A stretch of DNA of 63,904 nt, counting the filler, from Parasitella parasitica NRRL 2501 (lineage: Eukaryota; Fungi; Mucoromycota), in NCBI GenBank assembly GCA_025201805.1. It is 8 parts of 8 records of this genome, joined end to end, with 100 filler letters (N's around TTAATTAATTAA, not from the genome) between each part and the next. Parts side by side here need not be neighbours in the genome. Positions count along the whole stretch, not along the records: positions 1 to 26,265 come from MU619304.1; 7 more parts are not named here. The stretch is one strand, 5' to 3'. Position 1 is the stretch's first letter. Each line of letters opens with the position of its first letter. Position numbers and translations under genes: made by a program. This document shows, one piece after another, positions 1 to 10,499 of the stretch. Under the pieces are notes generated by a model, which had not been told where the DNA came from, did not search any database, and worked only from the letters and a program-made list of their open reading frames with translations.

Positions 1-693
1 AATTGAAAAGAAGTAAAAAGAGTTCAAGACAACATTTGTCTGTCAACTAGATCAAATCTTGTCAACCCGATCGAGAGATTTACACATGAGACAACTCCGA
101 AAGAGAATGCACACACATGGATCCCACCTGTTGATATCGCCCGGCTGCCAATGTTGTTATATTGTGTATCAAGACCAGACTCTGTTTTTAATAAATTATA
201 AATACCTAGCTAGTTTTCATCGAAAATATCCTCATTCAGATTTTAACTAAAATGAATCTATACAAAGCTTTCGAAGTACTACTTGTCAATCTACTTTTCT
301 ATCTATTTACCAACTCAATTAATCAACAAACCTGATTGATTTTTTCGATCGCGATACTGATGTATATCAGGCTTTTTTTTTTCTTTTTTGGTAAGAGCAC
401 CCATTTTGGCATTGGGTATAACAATAATAGAAAAACAAAATAACATATTCAATTCATTTTTAGACCTGAGCAGAATTATTTCAGCTATTACTTAAAGGCC
501 TTGTTAGCCAAGTAAAAATTGTACACAAATAAATTTTGACTTTGGCACTTAGATCATAAAGTACTAGAATATGATACAAGTTCTATAAAAGGTTGCTGTT
601 TGCAGGGCTGCGCCCTTAAATTGAACCAAGAAAAAAACTCTTTGAATCTGTTCGGTATAGTTCCACTGTTGTGTTCGTGTCTCGTATTCTCTT

Positions 694-860
694 ATGTGTC
701 CCATTTTCATGTCGATGTCCCACTTTCATATTAACGTCCCATTTTCGTATTCGTCACCCATTTTCCTAGTAGTGGCCCATTTTTGTAATCGTGTCCCAAC
801 TCAATTTGGAAATGACCAAAATTTATTTTCATTGGCCCAACTTAGTTTCGTCAACTGTAA
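694..860 (-). mobile_element. Isolated Tc1/mariner-like transposon end with subterminal repeats
   Basis: About 6 degenerate (G)TCCCATTTT motifs roughly 21 nt apart, ending in ...GTCAACTG-TA (TA-CAGTTGAC on the minus strand). No partner end found. Confidence 0.4.
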
Positions 861-937
861 CGATGTAACCAAGTAAAAAGTTTTCCAAGCCTCTAATTCA
901 GTATTCGGTGCCCCCAGACGAATGGGAATTTCCTGTA

Positions 938-1070
938 TAGTGCGTCTGGTAAAGATTCTTCAAAAACGACAATCATTTTTTAGTTAGGGTCATTTACTTT
1001 TGGGAAACGGACATAATGCTTTTCTGAAATCGTCATTTCTCAAAACGGACAAAATTTACCAGCCGCACTG
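938..1070. mobile_element. 133-bp MITE of the adjacent Tc1-like family
   Basis: Left end TAGTGCGTCTGGTAAA matches the reverse complement of the right end CAGTGCGGCTGGTAAA at 14/16. TA flanks at 936-937 and 1071-1072. The same terminus occurs at 5907-5922. Confidence 0.75.
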
Positions 1071-1758
1071 TATCAATATGAGAAACAATTGGGCTAGATC
1101 TGCCGTAGGAACACCAGCTAGAGTGGAAACCCCGAAACTAGAGTGCCATCCCATACAATTATCGGTGCTACATTCGTCTAGTGTTATCCATGTTGTTATG
1201 AAAAAGCCGCCGCTAAGGAAGGAGAAAGCACATAACAAAAAGGCAGCAGTGGTTAACAAGAAAAAGAGAAAGCTCGACAAAGGGAAAGAACGAGCTTCAG
1301 ATGAGATTATTATGGAAGAACTCATTATAGAGTACGTTGACATTGCAGAGGGTACTGATGAAAGCAATAAGCCAGTACCAAAAGGCACAACCACGGCTCA
1401 TTTTGTTAAATTCATGAGTGAACTCCTTGACATCATGGATCTTGATGGGAGTCTTATGGGAAGCTATCTTGTAATGGATTACTGTTCAATCCATAAATCG
1501 CACCCAATGTTTAGAAAAATTGAAAGTCGAGGTTATAGGGTGATGTACCTGCCCCCTTACTCGCCTGAACTGAATCCCATTGAGCAGTTTTTGGCTATTG
1601 TCAAAGGAAAAATGAAGCGTCACCGGTTGATGACTGAGGAGAATTTGTCGAGCAGAATTGCCGATGCTTGTAATGATATACGCTTTAGTGATCTGTATGG
1701 CTTCTGTGATCATTCTAAACGACAAATCATAAATTGCTACAACAAAACCCCATTCTAA
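1071..1758 (+). pseudogene. Tc1/IS630-family DD34E transposase, C-terminal half (left arm)
   Basis: VMDYCSIHK...LPPYSPELNPIE with 34 residues between D and E. 5'-truncated just after the DEAGF motif, with apparent compensating frameshifts near 1137-1170. Confidence 0.9.
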
Positions 1759-1789
1759 GCATTTTCTTATTTAAAAAAAAATTGTCATC

Positions 1790-1947
1790 ATATTAGTATC
1801 AGTATCGGTATTGGTAGCGGTATCATATTAGTAGCGGTAGCGGTAGCGGTATCGCCTTTTGCTCTTCAAGAAAATGATGACGTATTAGTAGCGGTAGCGG
1901 TAGCGGTAGCGGTAGCGGTATCGGTATCGGTATCGGTATCGCTTTTT
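1790..1947. repeat. GGTAGC/GGTATC hexamer arrays split by a unique spacer (left arm)
   Basis: Tandem hexamers visible directly. Inverted copy at 3846-3955. Confidence 0.95.
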
Positions 1948-1960
1948 TTTCGCCTCGTTC

Positions 1961-2983
1961 ATGAATAATTCCTTATCTCCAAAATCGTGCCCAGGTAGAG
2001 ATCTGATGTCAAAAAGAATCATCCAAGATCCCACTGTCATTAACTACATCACCACGACTTTGGCAAACACTCAAAATGACTACCATGTGGGAAACCCCGA
2101 ATGGAGTGATGGAACGCGTTCGGATGTGGTCTTGGAACCAAAATCGTCGGTTCTTAATCTCCCTTCAATTATTGTGGAAATCCAGCACACCGTTAATCAA
2201 TTGTTTATGAAGAGAGCAGTTAACTACTGCCTACAAGCCTTTAAGAGATACAAGGTGGACCCAATTATTCTGATTGTATGCGTTAATACTTTACATAGTT
2301 ATGTTGTTCAACGTACAATGGCTAGTCGTTTCCCTGGCGGTTATGCCTTCCCCTCCGAACCTTGGGCTGCAGACTGTATTATTCTTTCCAAAGAAAGTCT
2401 TGGTGAAGGCAATATAGATACACCTTTAAACTCGTTGATTGCACTTGGATTGTTTTTTACTAGTCGTGCTCTTTCTATCGTGAATGCTCCTTTTGCTGAT
2501 GACCCAACAATGCAACATTTATACACTTTGGCTTTAAGTCACGAGGAAGATCAGCACAATAATATTTTGTTGCCATTGCTTGAATCCCAAAATCGTGAAT
2601 ATGAGAGATTATTGTCACTTGCCAATACAGTCGGATCACCTGATGTATTGATCCAAGCAATTAATGATGCAAAATCTCGAAATGATAAACTGAAAAGAAA
2701 AGATGATTCAGATCCTGCCGGTTCCTTGTCGAACAAAAGAACAGCAACAGCAACCAACTCTAGCGCCTCCTCCAGCATTAACAACAATAATGATCGATAT
2801 AAACAAGGCATGGATTTTGTTGAGCAATTCAAGCAAGCAAGAATTCAAAAAGGCCATAAAAAAATGGATTGGATAACATGCTTGGAAGAAGGTACAAAAT
2901 TGGGATTGCTGAATTATAAAAATGCCAACGCTCTTCGCAACCAATTTTCGAAGTTCACAAAACAAAAAAGCAAAAATCAGTAA
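1961..2983 (+). CDS. Rpn/PD-(D/E)XK-like nuclease-domain protein with helical C-terminal extension (340 aa)
   Basis: Intact ORF with the pattern RSDVVL...IIVEIQ...FMKRAVNY, resembling the R-x-D...E-x-Q...R-xxx-Y signature of the Rpn/PDDEXK_2 family. Confidence 0.7.
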   Translation: MNNSLSPKSCPGRDLMSKRIIQDPTVINYITTTLANTQNDYHVGNPEWSDGTRSDVVLEPKSSVLNLPSIIVEIQHTVNQLFMKRAVNYCLQAFKRYKVDPIILIVCVNTLHSYVVQRTMASRFPGGYAFPSEPWAADCIILSKESLGEGNIDTPLNSLIALGLFFTSRALSIVNAPFADDPTMQHLYTLALSHEEDQHNNILLPLLESQNREYERLLSLANTVGSPDVLIQAINDAKSRNDKLKRKDDSDPAGSLSNKRTATATNSSASSSINNNNDRYKQGMDFVEQFKQARIQKGHKKMDWITCLEEGTKLGLLNYKNANALRNQFSKFTKQKSKNQ

Positions 2984-3204
2984 AATAAATACTCTTTATT
3001 CAAGATCATGTAATTCAATTTTATCAATCAGTAAATAATAAATAAAAAAAAAAGAATTCATTACGCTTAGAAATTAAGGACGCATTAAAATACCCACTTT
3101 CTATTGTTGTTTAATAAAGTAACCTTTTTCCAGTCTTGTTCAATTTGTTAATTTTTTATACACCTTTTTACGTATCCAAGACCTCTGGTTACATTAACAT
3201 TGCT

Positions 3205-3791
3205 TTAATGAAAGCTATGTATAAGTTGCATCGTGGGATCGCCAATATTTCGCAGCTTCAGTTTCTGTTCTTCATCATCAGAAAAATACAAAGCAAGTAC
3301 CACTAGAGGGTCAAGGTGTTGGCTAGCTTCGTCTTCGCTAAAGCTAATTCCATCTTTGGAGATAACCAGGCACTTTTCCGCCCAGACAGTGCTATTCAAT
3401 GTCTGCCAATGAGGATTTTGTAAATCGGGCGACAACATTGACCTTACTGACAATGGAATCTTGTCAGTACAAAGAAGAACGAGAAAAGGTTGAACGTCAA
3501 TATGGTTCTGTACCTCCAAGCATTTCTCAATTGATCGTTTCAACGATATTTTCGTGACGTTCGGCTGAATCTCCAAAAGGATTGCGCTTGATTGAGCTTG
3601 ATAAAGAATAAAATAGGAACCGTCGGCCAAAAACTCTTCACGAACAAAACTGAATGTAAGACCATCCTCTTTCAAAATTGATTTAGCAACAAGGTTAATG
3701 AAATCCGAGTGCTGTACAGCGTTTATAACTAAAAAATAACGTGAGCAAGTATTCTAACTACCTTACAGGCTTATCTACCTCCATTGTCCAT
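3205..3791 (-). CDS. Short paralog of the 1961-2983 protein lacking the first catalytic Asp (about 178 aa, probable intron 3778-3729)
   Basis: Aligns by eye: LLEIQ/IVEIQ, VWAEKCLVISK/PWAADCIILSK, LDPLVVLALYF/LNSLIALGLFF, DPTMQ/DPTMQ. ATG at 3791 plus a 50-nt GT..AG intron restores the frame. Confidence 0.7.
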
Positions 3792-3845
3792 GTTTCAAGA
3801 GAAATGAAAAAGAGTTAGAAATTAAAGCGAAGGTGGCTTTTTCAG

Positions 3846-3955
3846 AAAAAGCGATACCGCTACCGATACCGATACCGCTACCGCTACCGCTACTAATACG
3901 TCATCATTTTCTTGAAGAGCAAAAGGCGATACCGCTACCGCTACCGCTACCGATA
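3846..3955. repeat. Inverted copy of the hexamer arrays and spacer (right arm), running into the gap
   Basis: Reverse complement of about 1835-1947, including the identical spacer CGCCTTTTGCTCTTCAAGAAAATGATGACGTATTAG. Confidence 0.95.
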
Positions 3956-4935
3956 NNNNNNNNNNNNNNNNNNNNNNNNNNNNNNNNNNNNNNNNNNNNN
4001 NNNNNNNNNNNNNNNNNNNNNNNNNNNNNNNNNNNNNNNNNNNNNNNNNNNNNNNNNNNNNNNNNNNNNNNNNNNNNNNNNNNNNNNNNNNNNNNNNNNN
4101 NNNNNNNNNNNNNNNNNNNNNNNNNNNNNNNNNNNNNNNNNNNNNNNNNNNNNNNNNNNNNNNNNNNNNNNNNNNNNNNNNNNNNNNNNNNNNNNNNNNN
4201 NNNNNNNNNNNNNNNNNNNNNNNNNNNNNNNNNNNNNNNNNNNNNNNNNNNNNNNNNNNNNNNNNNNNNNNNNNNNNNNNNNNNNNNNNNNNNNNNNNNN
4301 NNNNNNNNNNNNNNNNNNNNNNNNNNNNNNNNNNNNNNNNNNNNNNNNNNNNNNNNNNNNNNNNNNNNNNNNNNNNNNNNNNNNNNNNNNNNNNNNNNNN
4401 NNNNNNNNNNNNNNNNNNNNNNNNNNNNNNNNNNNNNNNNNNNNNNNNNNNNNNNNNNNNNNNNNNNNNNNNNNNNNNNNNNNNNNNNNNNNNNNNNNNN
4501 NNNNNNNNNNNNNNNNNNNNNNNNNNNNNNNNNNNNNNNNNNNNNNNNNNNNNNNNNNNNNNNNNNNNNNNNNNNNNNNNNNNNNNNNNNNNNNNNNNNN
4601 NNNNNNNNNNNNNNNNNNNNNNNNNNNNNNNNNNNNNNNNNNNNNNNNNNNNNNNNNNNNNNNNNNNNNNNNNNNNNNNNNNNNNNNNNNNNNNNNNNNN
4701 NNNNNNNNNNNNNNNNNNNNNNNNNNNNNNNNNNNNNNNNNNNNNNNNNNNNNNNNNNNNNNNNNNNNNNNNNNNNNNNNNNNNNNNNNNNNNNNNNNNN
4801 NNNNNNNNNNNNNNNNNNNNNNNNNNNNNNNNNNNNNNNNNNNNNNNNNNNNNNNNNNNNNNNNNNNNNNNNNNNNNNNNNNNNNNNNNNNNNNNNNNNN
4901 NNNNNNNNNNNNNNNNNNNNNNNNNNNNNNNNNNN

Positions 4936-5732
4936 TTTCGGGGTTTCCACTCTAGCTGGTGTTCCTACGGCAGATCTAGCCCAATTGTTTCTCATATTGA
5001 TATTAAATCCAGCCTCATCGATAAAAATGCAGTTTTTTGTTTTGTCTAAATCTGAGTCTTTCCATTTCATGAACAATTCATATCTTGTCTGCAAAGTTTT
5101 CTCAGAATTCCTTGCCTCAGGTTCGAAGCTAGGCTTCTTGACAGAGATGAGCATATTATTTTTCAAATGATGGTTGAGTTGAGGCTTCGAAATGATGAAG
5201 TCCATGAACTGTATAGTCAAAGATTCAATGATATCGTCAGCATAAAGCTGAGGATCTTCGTCAAGTAATTTTTGAATATACTCCTCGTGCTCGATCTTAA
5301 ACGAACTTGGTCGACCAAAATTCATTTTCGACTGCTTGTAAGGTATTTCTCCAGTCTCTACGTAACGATCCCACCATCGTTTGGCAGTACGAGGATGTAC
5401 ACCAAATGTCTTTGCATAGTAAGTTACCAGTCCCCTTTGCATGGGACTCTCAATCATTCGATCTATAAATAGTTCCCATGTTTGGTCACTATAGTTATTG
5501 TATACTGCTTGGGTGTTTTGCTTGGCAGCTTTGGGCTTTTCAGCTGTATTCTCAGTGGTTGCCTTTTCTTGGGGCTTAAGACTTAAGTAAGTCTTTTGGC
5601 TTGTTATTGTTTCCAGAACAATGTTGGGATCGGTGATATCGGTTAAGACACCCTCCATTGGTCAAGGACTTTCTCTCCTTGTTCGTTGTAAACGTTTTCT
5701 TGTTCATCTTCGTAAAAAAAGGTGTTTGTCAT
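4936..5732 (-). CDS. Tc1/IS630-family transposase, N-terminal half (right arm, runs into the gap)
   Basis: HTH region (AKTFGVHPRTAKRWW) and CIFIDEAGFN. 4936-5002 is the exact reverse complement of 1071-1137. The probable ATG at 5732 is one base out of frame with the ORF starting at 5658. Confidence 0.88.
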
Positions 5733-5809
5733 TGCAAAATTTGATATAAAGGCAAAAGAAAAGGGAAAGCTTCAGGGACATATGTATTTCGCCAATTTGA
5801 CTTAACTCA

Positions 5810-5922
5810 AAACGACAATTACTAAAGCACAAGCCAACAAATACATTTTTAATAACCGACAATCATTTTTGGCTAAACGACATTTATTTTTTGCAAACCG
5901 ACAAAATTTACCAGCCGCACTG
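5810..5922 (-). mobile_element. Terminal inverted repeat with subterminal CGACA repeats; TA target at 5923-5924
   Basis: TA-CAGTGCGGCTGGTAAAATTTTG on the minus strand, a typical Tc1 CAGTG terminus. Confidence 0.85.
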
Positions 5923-6457
5923 TATCTAGCGAGCGAATACCCTTATCAAGTTGTAATCATGTAGACGCAATATTGCCGGCCCTCTAAAACAATGGTAATA
6001 TAAGCCTTAAACGGTTTACGATTTTTAAGTCAAAGTAAAGTATGTCTCCAAACTGTAAATAATGGGAGCTATACCCTGAGTAACTCTTGATGCTTTAAGA
6101 TAAAATGTGAACCTATAGAGTAACTATAAGCCTGTGGGTCCTTTGAATCGTATAAACTGCATTGGATCTTGGAGAATTGATAATCAATGAACACAGTTTA
6201 TACACAATGAACGCGCATTTCAGCGTATTAGACATTTTCATGGACACCATCTTTTAACTATGATGATAATGGCTAAATGACGACCTACACATCATGAGAT
6301 CAGGCTCATTGCTTAGCGCATTCAATTAAAATACATTTACAGGTTGTCCTATTAAAAATTCATTCTAGCTCTGTCATGTGCCAAAATCTGGCAATATATA
6401 ATCAGTCAGGAAGAACATGTATTTTTGCTCTTTCCCAAACATTAAAAACGAAACGAA

Positions 6458-7435
6458 ATGGATACCTTGCCTAATGAAATATTGTCTGCCATATTCAACC
6501 AAGTTGGATTGGAGTCGATAGTGAAATTAGCCGAATGTCGATTAGTTTCTTCGCTTTGGGATCAACTTTCCGCGCAAGTATTGTTTAGTCAAACGGTAGA
6601 TTTGAGAACGAACGGGCAGATTGCCAAGTTTAATTACCACTTGGCCAGGAAGCCAGCGCTTGCTCATTTCATCCAGTCAATCCATCTGTCCGATTTAAAC
6701 CCTCCTTTGTCATTCCAACGCGAGTTTCTCAGTTTGGCATTGACACCAAATATCAGGTATTTGACAGGTGAAGTGAATGAGGAATTATTTTCTTGTTTAC
6801 TAGATGTGGCTAAAAGATCAGCAAAGGCTGGAGAGAAATTCTCCAAGCTTCAAGTGTTGCCGGAGCTATCTTTAAGGGAACCTTTTGGACCACGAGTATT
6901 TCTAACTGTGCAAGATGTATCAACCTCGTTGATGCATGTTAAACAATCTTTATTGCATACCAAATACTTTCATATCGCATTCCATTTCAAAGAAAGTTTG
7001 AGAGAGTTAAGTATCTCACAGTTTCCGGATCCTACGAAAACGATGAAGACGTTCTTTGCTCACCTGAATGAGTTCAAGAGTTTGACCAACCTCACTTTGA
7101 ATTTCTTTGACGTGTTCCCCGGTGACCAGTGTCATGGTTTCCTTGAACTGGACAAAACTCTCAACAAGTGCGAACATCTGCAGTTTCTTAGACTCAGATG
7201 GTACAGCGCTGACGAACGTTCAATGGGAACAGCCGAATTCCAAGAATGGCTTTCAAGCAATGTTATGAAAGTCCCAGGCCCTCTTAAACTTGAACTGGCA
7301 GGCGTATCGATTTCTCATGTAACAGAGTATCTTGTCCACAAGTACCCCAATATCTCTTCAGTGCGGCTTTCAAGCCTTACGCTCAGAGAAGTGCGCGTTA
7401 TGAATGCAATTGCGCACATCGATAGGGAGTTGTAA
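6458..7435 (+). CDS. F-box protein with LRR-like body
   Basis: N-terminal LPNEILSAIF...CRLVSSLW F-box pattern, then LxxLxL repeats. Possibly truncated at the C-terminus. Confidence 0.8.
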   Translation: MDTLPNEILSAIFNQVGLESIVKLAECRLVSSLWDQLSAQVLFSQTVDLRTNGQIAKFNYHLARKPALAHFIQSIHLSDLNPPLSFQREFLSLALTPNIRYLTGEVNEELFSCLLDVAKRSAKAGEKFSKLQVLPELSLREPFGPRVFLTVQDVSTSLMHVKQSLLHTKYFHIAFHFKESLRELSISQFPDPTKTMKTFFAHLNEFKSLTNLTLNFFDVFPGDQCHGFLELDKTLNKCEHLQFLRLRWYSADERSMGTAEFQEWLSSNVMKVPGPLKLELAGVSISHVTEYLVHKYPNISSVRLSSLTLREVRVMNAIAHIDREL

Positions 7436-7499
7436 GAATGCTCAAAATCGAAGAAATAGTCTTTCGTTTTATTGTTTAAGCTATGCTATAATTTTTTTT

Positions 7500-7690
7500 A
7501 TATGACCTACATTTGTATGCTTTTTATATGACTTACACTTGTATGCTCTTTAAGTGGACCATATATGTCTCTATATGCCCCACATATGCTCTTTATATTA
7601 CCACTATGCTTTTAAGTGGCCTACATATGTCCTTATATGACCCACATACGCTCTTTATACGTACGACTCATTTACCTGTAATATTCGTAT
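7500..7690. repeat. Degenerate tandem repeat, about 20-25 nt unit
   Basis: Recurring TATGACC(T/C)AC and TATGCTCTTTA motifs. Confidence 0.6.
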
Positions 7691-7881
7691 TTAAACCTCG
7701 TAAATTATGTTTCCATGTATAAATAAAAAAATGTTGTAGGCCAAAAAAAAAAAAAGTATTAAAATTCGCAAATGCAATAATGTTTAGGTAGTTATAAAGT
7801 TGTAGATACAAGGAATCTCTGCAATGCTTTGTTAATGATCAAGGATTCAAGTTCCATGTGCAATCCAACATGATTCTTTTA

Positions 7882-10291
7882 TTACTTTTTACTTCCAAAC
7901 CATCCACCGTTCCCGGGCTTCTTACTATCATCACCTCCTCGCTCAGGAATTTCAATCTTGCAAATGCGATGCTTTTTATCTAATGCCTTGTCAACCACAA
8001 TATGAACGCGCCCGCCATCCAAAACATCGTCATTCTCGTTGGCTTTAGCAATGAGGTTGACCACCTTTCGTTCTACTTCATACTTGATGCTACGGGCACC
8101 ATAACGAATATTATAGCCATCCGACAATACATCTACGACCTCAGGGTCCCATGTCATTGTGATGCCATGGCGCGCCCTTGCCTTTTCAGCCCACCTCGAA
8201 AGTTCCCTAGAGGTAATTTCGCGCAATTCTTCCTCGCTGAAAGGCAGAAAGAACAGAACTTCATTGATACGACCTAAAAATTCATCACGACGAAAGTGCT
8301 CATAGAGGATGGGGTGTATAACGTGCTCGATAAACTGACGGGAGAGCGAGATTTGGCGTTGTACCTGATCGGCTGCTTCTTCTGATTTGGGTTTCTTGTT
8401 CGGCTCGACTACAGCAGCAGTGCCCGTCGTTTGAGCATCTGAAGACACAGAGGCTTCTAGTCGCAGCAGCTCCGCTTCATCCGCAATTTCATGCTGAGCC
8501 AAATTGGATGTCATGACAAAAATGGCGTCCTTGCATTCGACTGTCGTACCTTTACCATCAGTTATACGACCTTCATCAAACAATTGGAGCATGATAGTCA
8601 ATACATCTGGGTGTGCCTTTTCAACTTCATCCAGTAAAACAACCGCATTGGGGCCTGTGATAGGTAAATGTTAGATACGCCCATCTTTTCTTGTATTGTA
8701 TAGAGGCGTTCATACTTACACTCCTTGAGTTTTTCTGTCAGCTGGCCACCCTCGTCGTAGCCCTGTACACCATCAAATTGATTGGTATGGTTTAAATGCA
8801 TTGCCTTGAGATACTATGTACTTACCACATAGCCTGGCGGAGAGCCAATAAATCGAGAGACATCATGCTTATGCTGAAACTCACTCATGTCTATGCGGAC
8901 AAATCCCTTATCCAATTGCTTGCCATGGAGATGTTGTGCAAGAGCTACGAGAATACCGTTGAGTCATGGAAATCAGGGTGTGTGTGGCAGATACTCATCT
9001 TACCCTTTGCAAGCTCCGTTTTGCCTACACCAGATGATCCGCAGAACAAAAATACAAGGGGATGCTCTTCGTCGTGCCATCCGTTTTGCTTACGTCTAAT
9101 CGCGCTAGCAAGAGCGTGGATTGGGCCCAACTGGCCCACAATGCGAGCCTTCAGAGCGTCTTCCAACGGGTGCTTTTTTCGGTACTCTTTGTCTTTCAAG
9201 AGCTGAGCTTTTCGTAGACGTTCATCATGCTCTGCCTTATCTTTCGGGAACGAAGTCTCTTTCTCTATGCGACAGAGGGACAGAGGTTATGGGTAGGCTC
9301 TCATATGCAAATAGTGGACCTACTGTGCAGCATTTCCTCGATTTCTGTATTTTGCTCGCCTGTGAATCGCTCGACATAGTACAAATATTCGCGAGGTGTC
9401 AGTCCATGTGAATTACGAACCAAAGGATCAGCAAAATGATCCAACAAAAGCTTTACAATGCTGGGGTTACATATAATAACTGCGTAGTGAAGAGCAGTGT
9501 ACTCTCGATAATCTCTGTACGGCAAGAGGTCTTCAGAGAAGTCGACTTGACGAATGTTGGCGGCTTGATGGGATCGGGGATAATACTGATCCTCCAGATT
9601 GGGATCTGCAAAAATGTGCTGAATTGGTGATCATCGTCCTGGCAACTAGCGTTTTTTTTTTTTCGACATACCTGCCCCCTTTTCCAACAAGAACTTGACC
9701 ATTGGCTCATTATCTTGAATCACAGCTACTTGCTACCAAACGAAAGCTTGAGTGGAAATATCAAGCCTGGAGTGTGCAGCAAAACTTACCAATGGCGTCC
9801 AGCCGTATCTGTGATATACATTGGGACTAAAGTTTGGGTCTTCTGCCAACCTAGCCACCGTTAAAAAATGCGTGTGATATATATAAATGTACGTCGGAAA
9901 CCCCATTTTCTTTACCTTTTCAATGCCTTTAAATCATTCTGTACGATGGCTTGACAAATGGAATCACCCAAGGCTACAATGAAATGTGTCAATATGATGC
10001 GCATGACTGGGGATATTTCGAGCACTAGTTACAGTCATTTGCTTCCAAAGCCAAGACGTTGTTATCCAAGAGTCCATACGTTAGAGCTGCTGCCGTGAGC
10101 ACAGCGGATGTCTTCCAGAGACTCGAGAAATAGCGTGTTTTCTGCTGTTGCGTGGCCACTACGGCCGCAGTTGCAGTTGAAATGGTTTTAATTGTCGCTG
10201 GAAATGCGGATTTAGACGTTGGAAGCGAGCATGGTCGTCCAACAAGAGTGCGCACAGACACCCTATTTTGCAATAGCCTTAGTCGCAACAT
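7882..10291 (-). CDS. CLPB: Mitochondrial ankyrin-repeat AAA+ disaggregase, CLPB/Skd3 type (multi-exon)
   Basis: Arg-rich presequence, ankyrin motifs (TALHYAV), [58 protein letters not shown]. Confidence 0.9.
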
Positions 10292-10499
10292 GGTTGTATG
10301 AAAGAGAAAAAGCAGGAAAAAAAAGACGCATAATCAAAGTAGGGGATATTTTAATTCACAAAACAAGTCCGGGTCTTTGATGAGACTGATGCATAGATAG
10401 AGGAGTATATTATTAGGACATGTACATGATAAAGAAAAAAAAAAAAAAAAGGCAAGAAAAAGAAAGGATAGATATTTTACAGTTGTTGTAATACCAAGA

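Noticed and set aside
1790-1947. Repeat-spacer pattern as a CRISPR or telomere array
   Set aside because: Simple hexamer tandem with one spacer, no cas genes, internal location in a eukaryotic genome.
3833-5170. Long ORFs through the N gap
   Set aside because: Artefacts of translating Ns and hexamer repeats.
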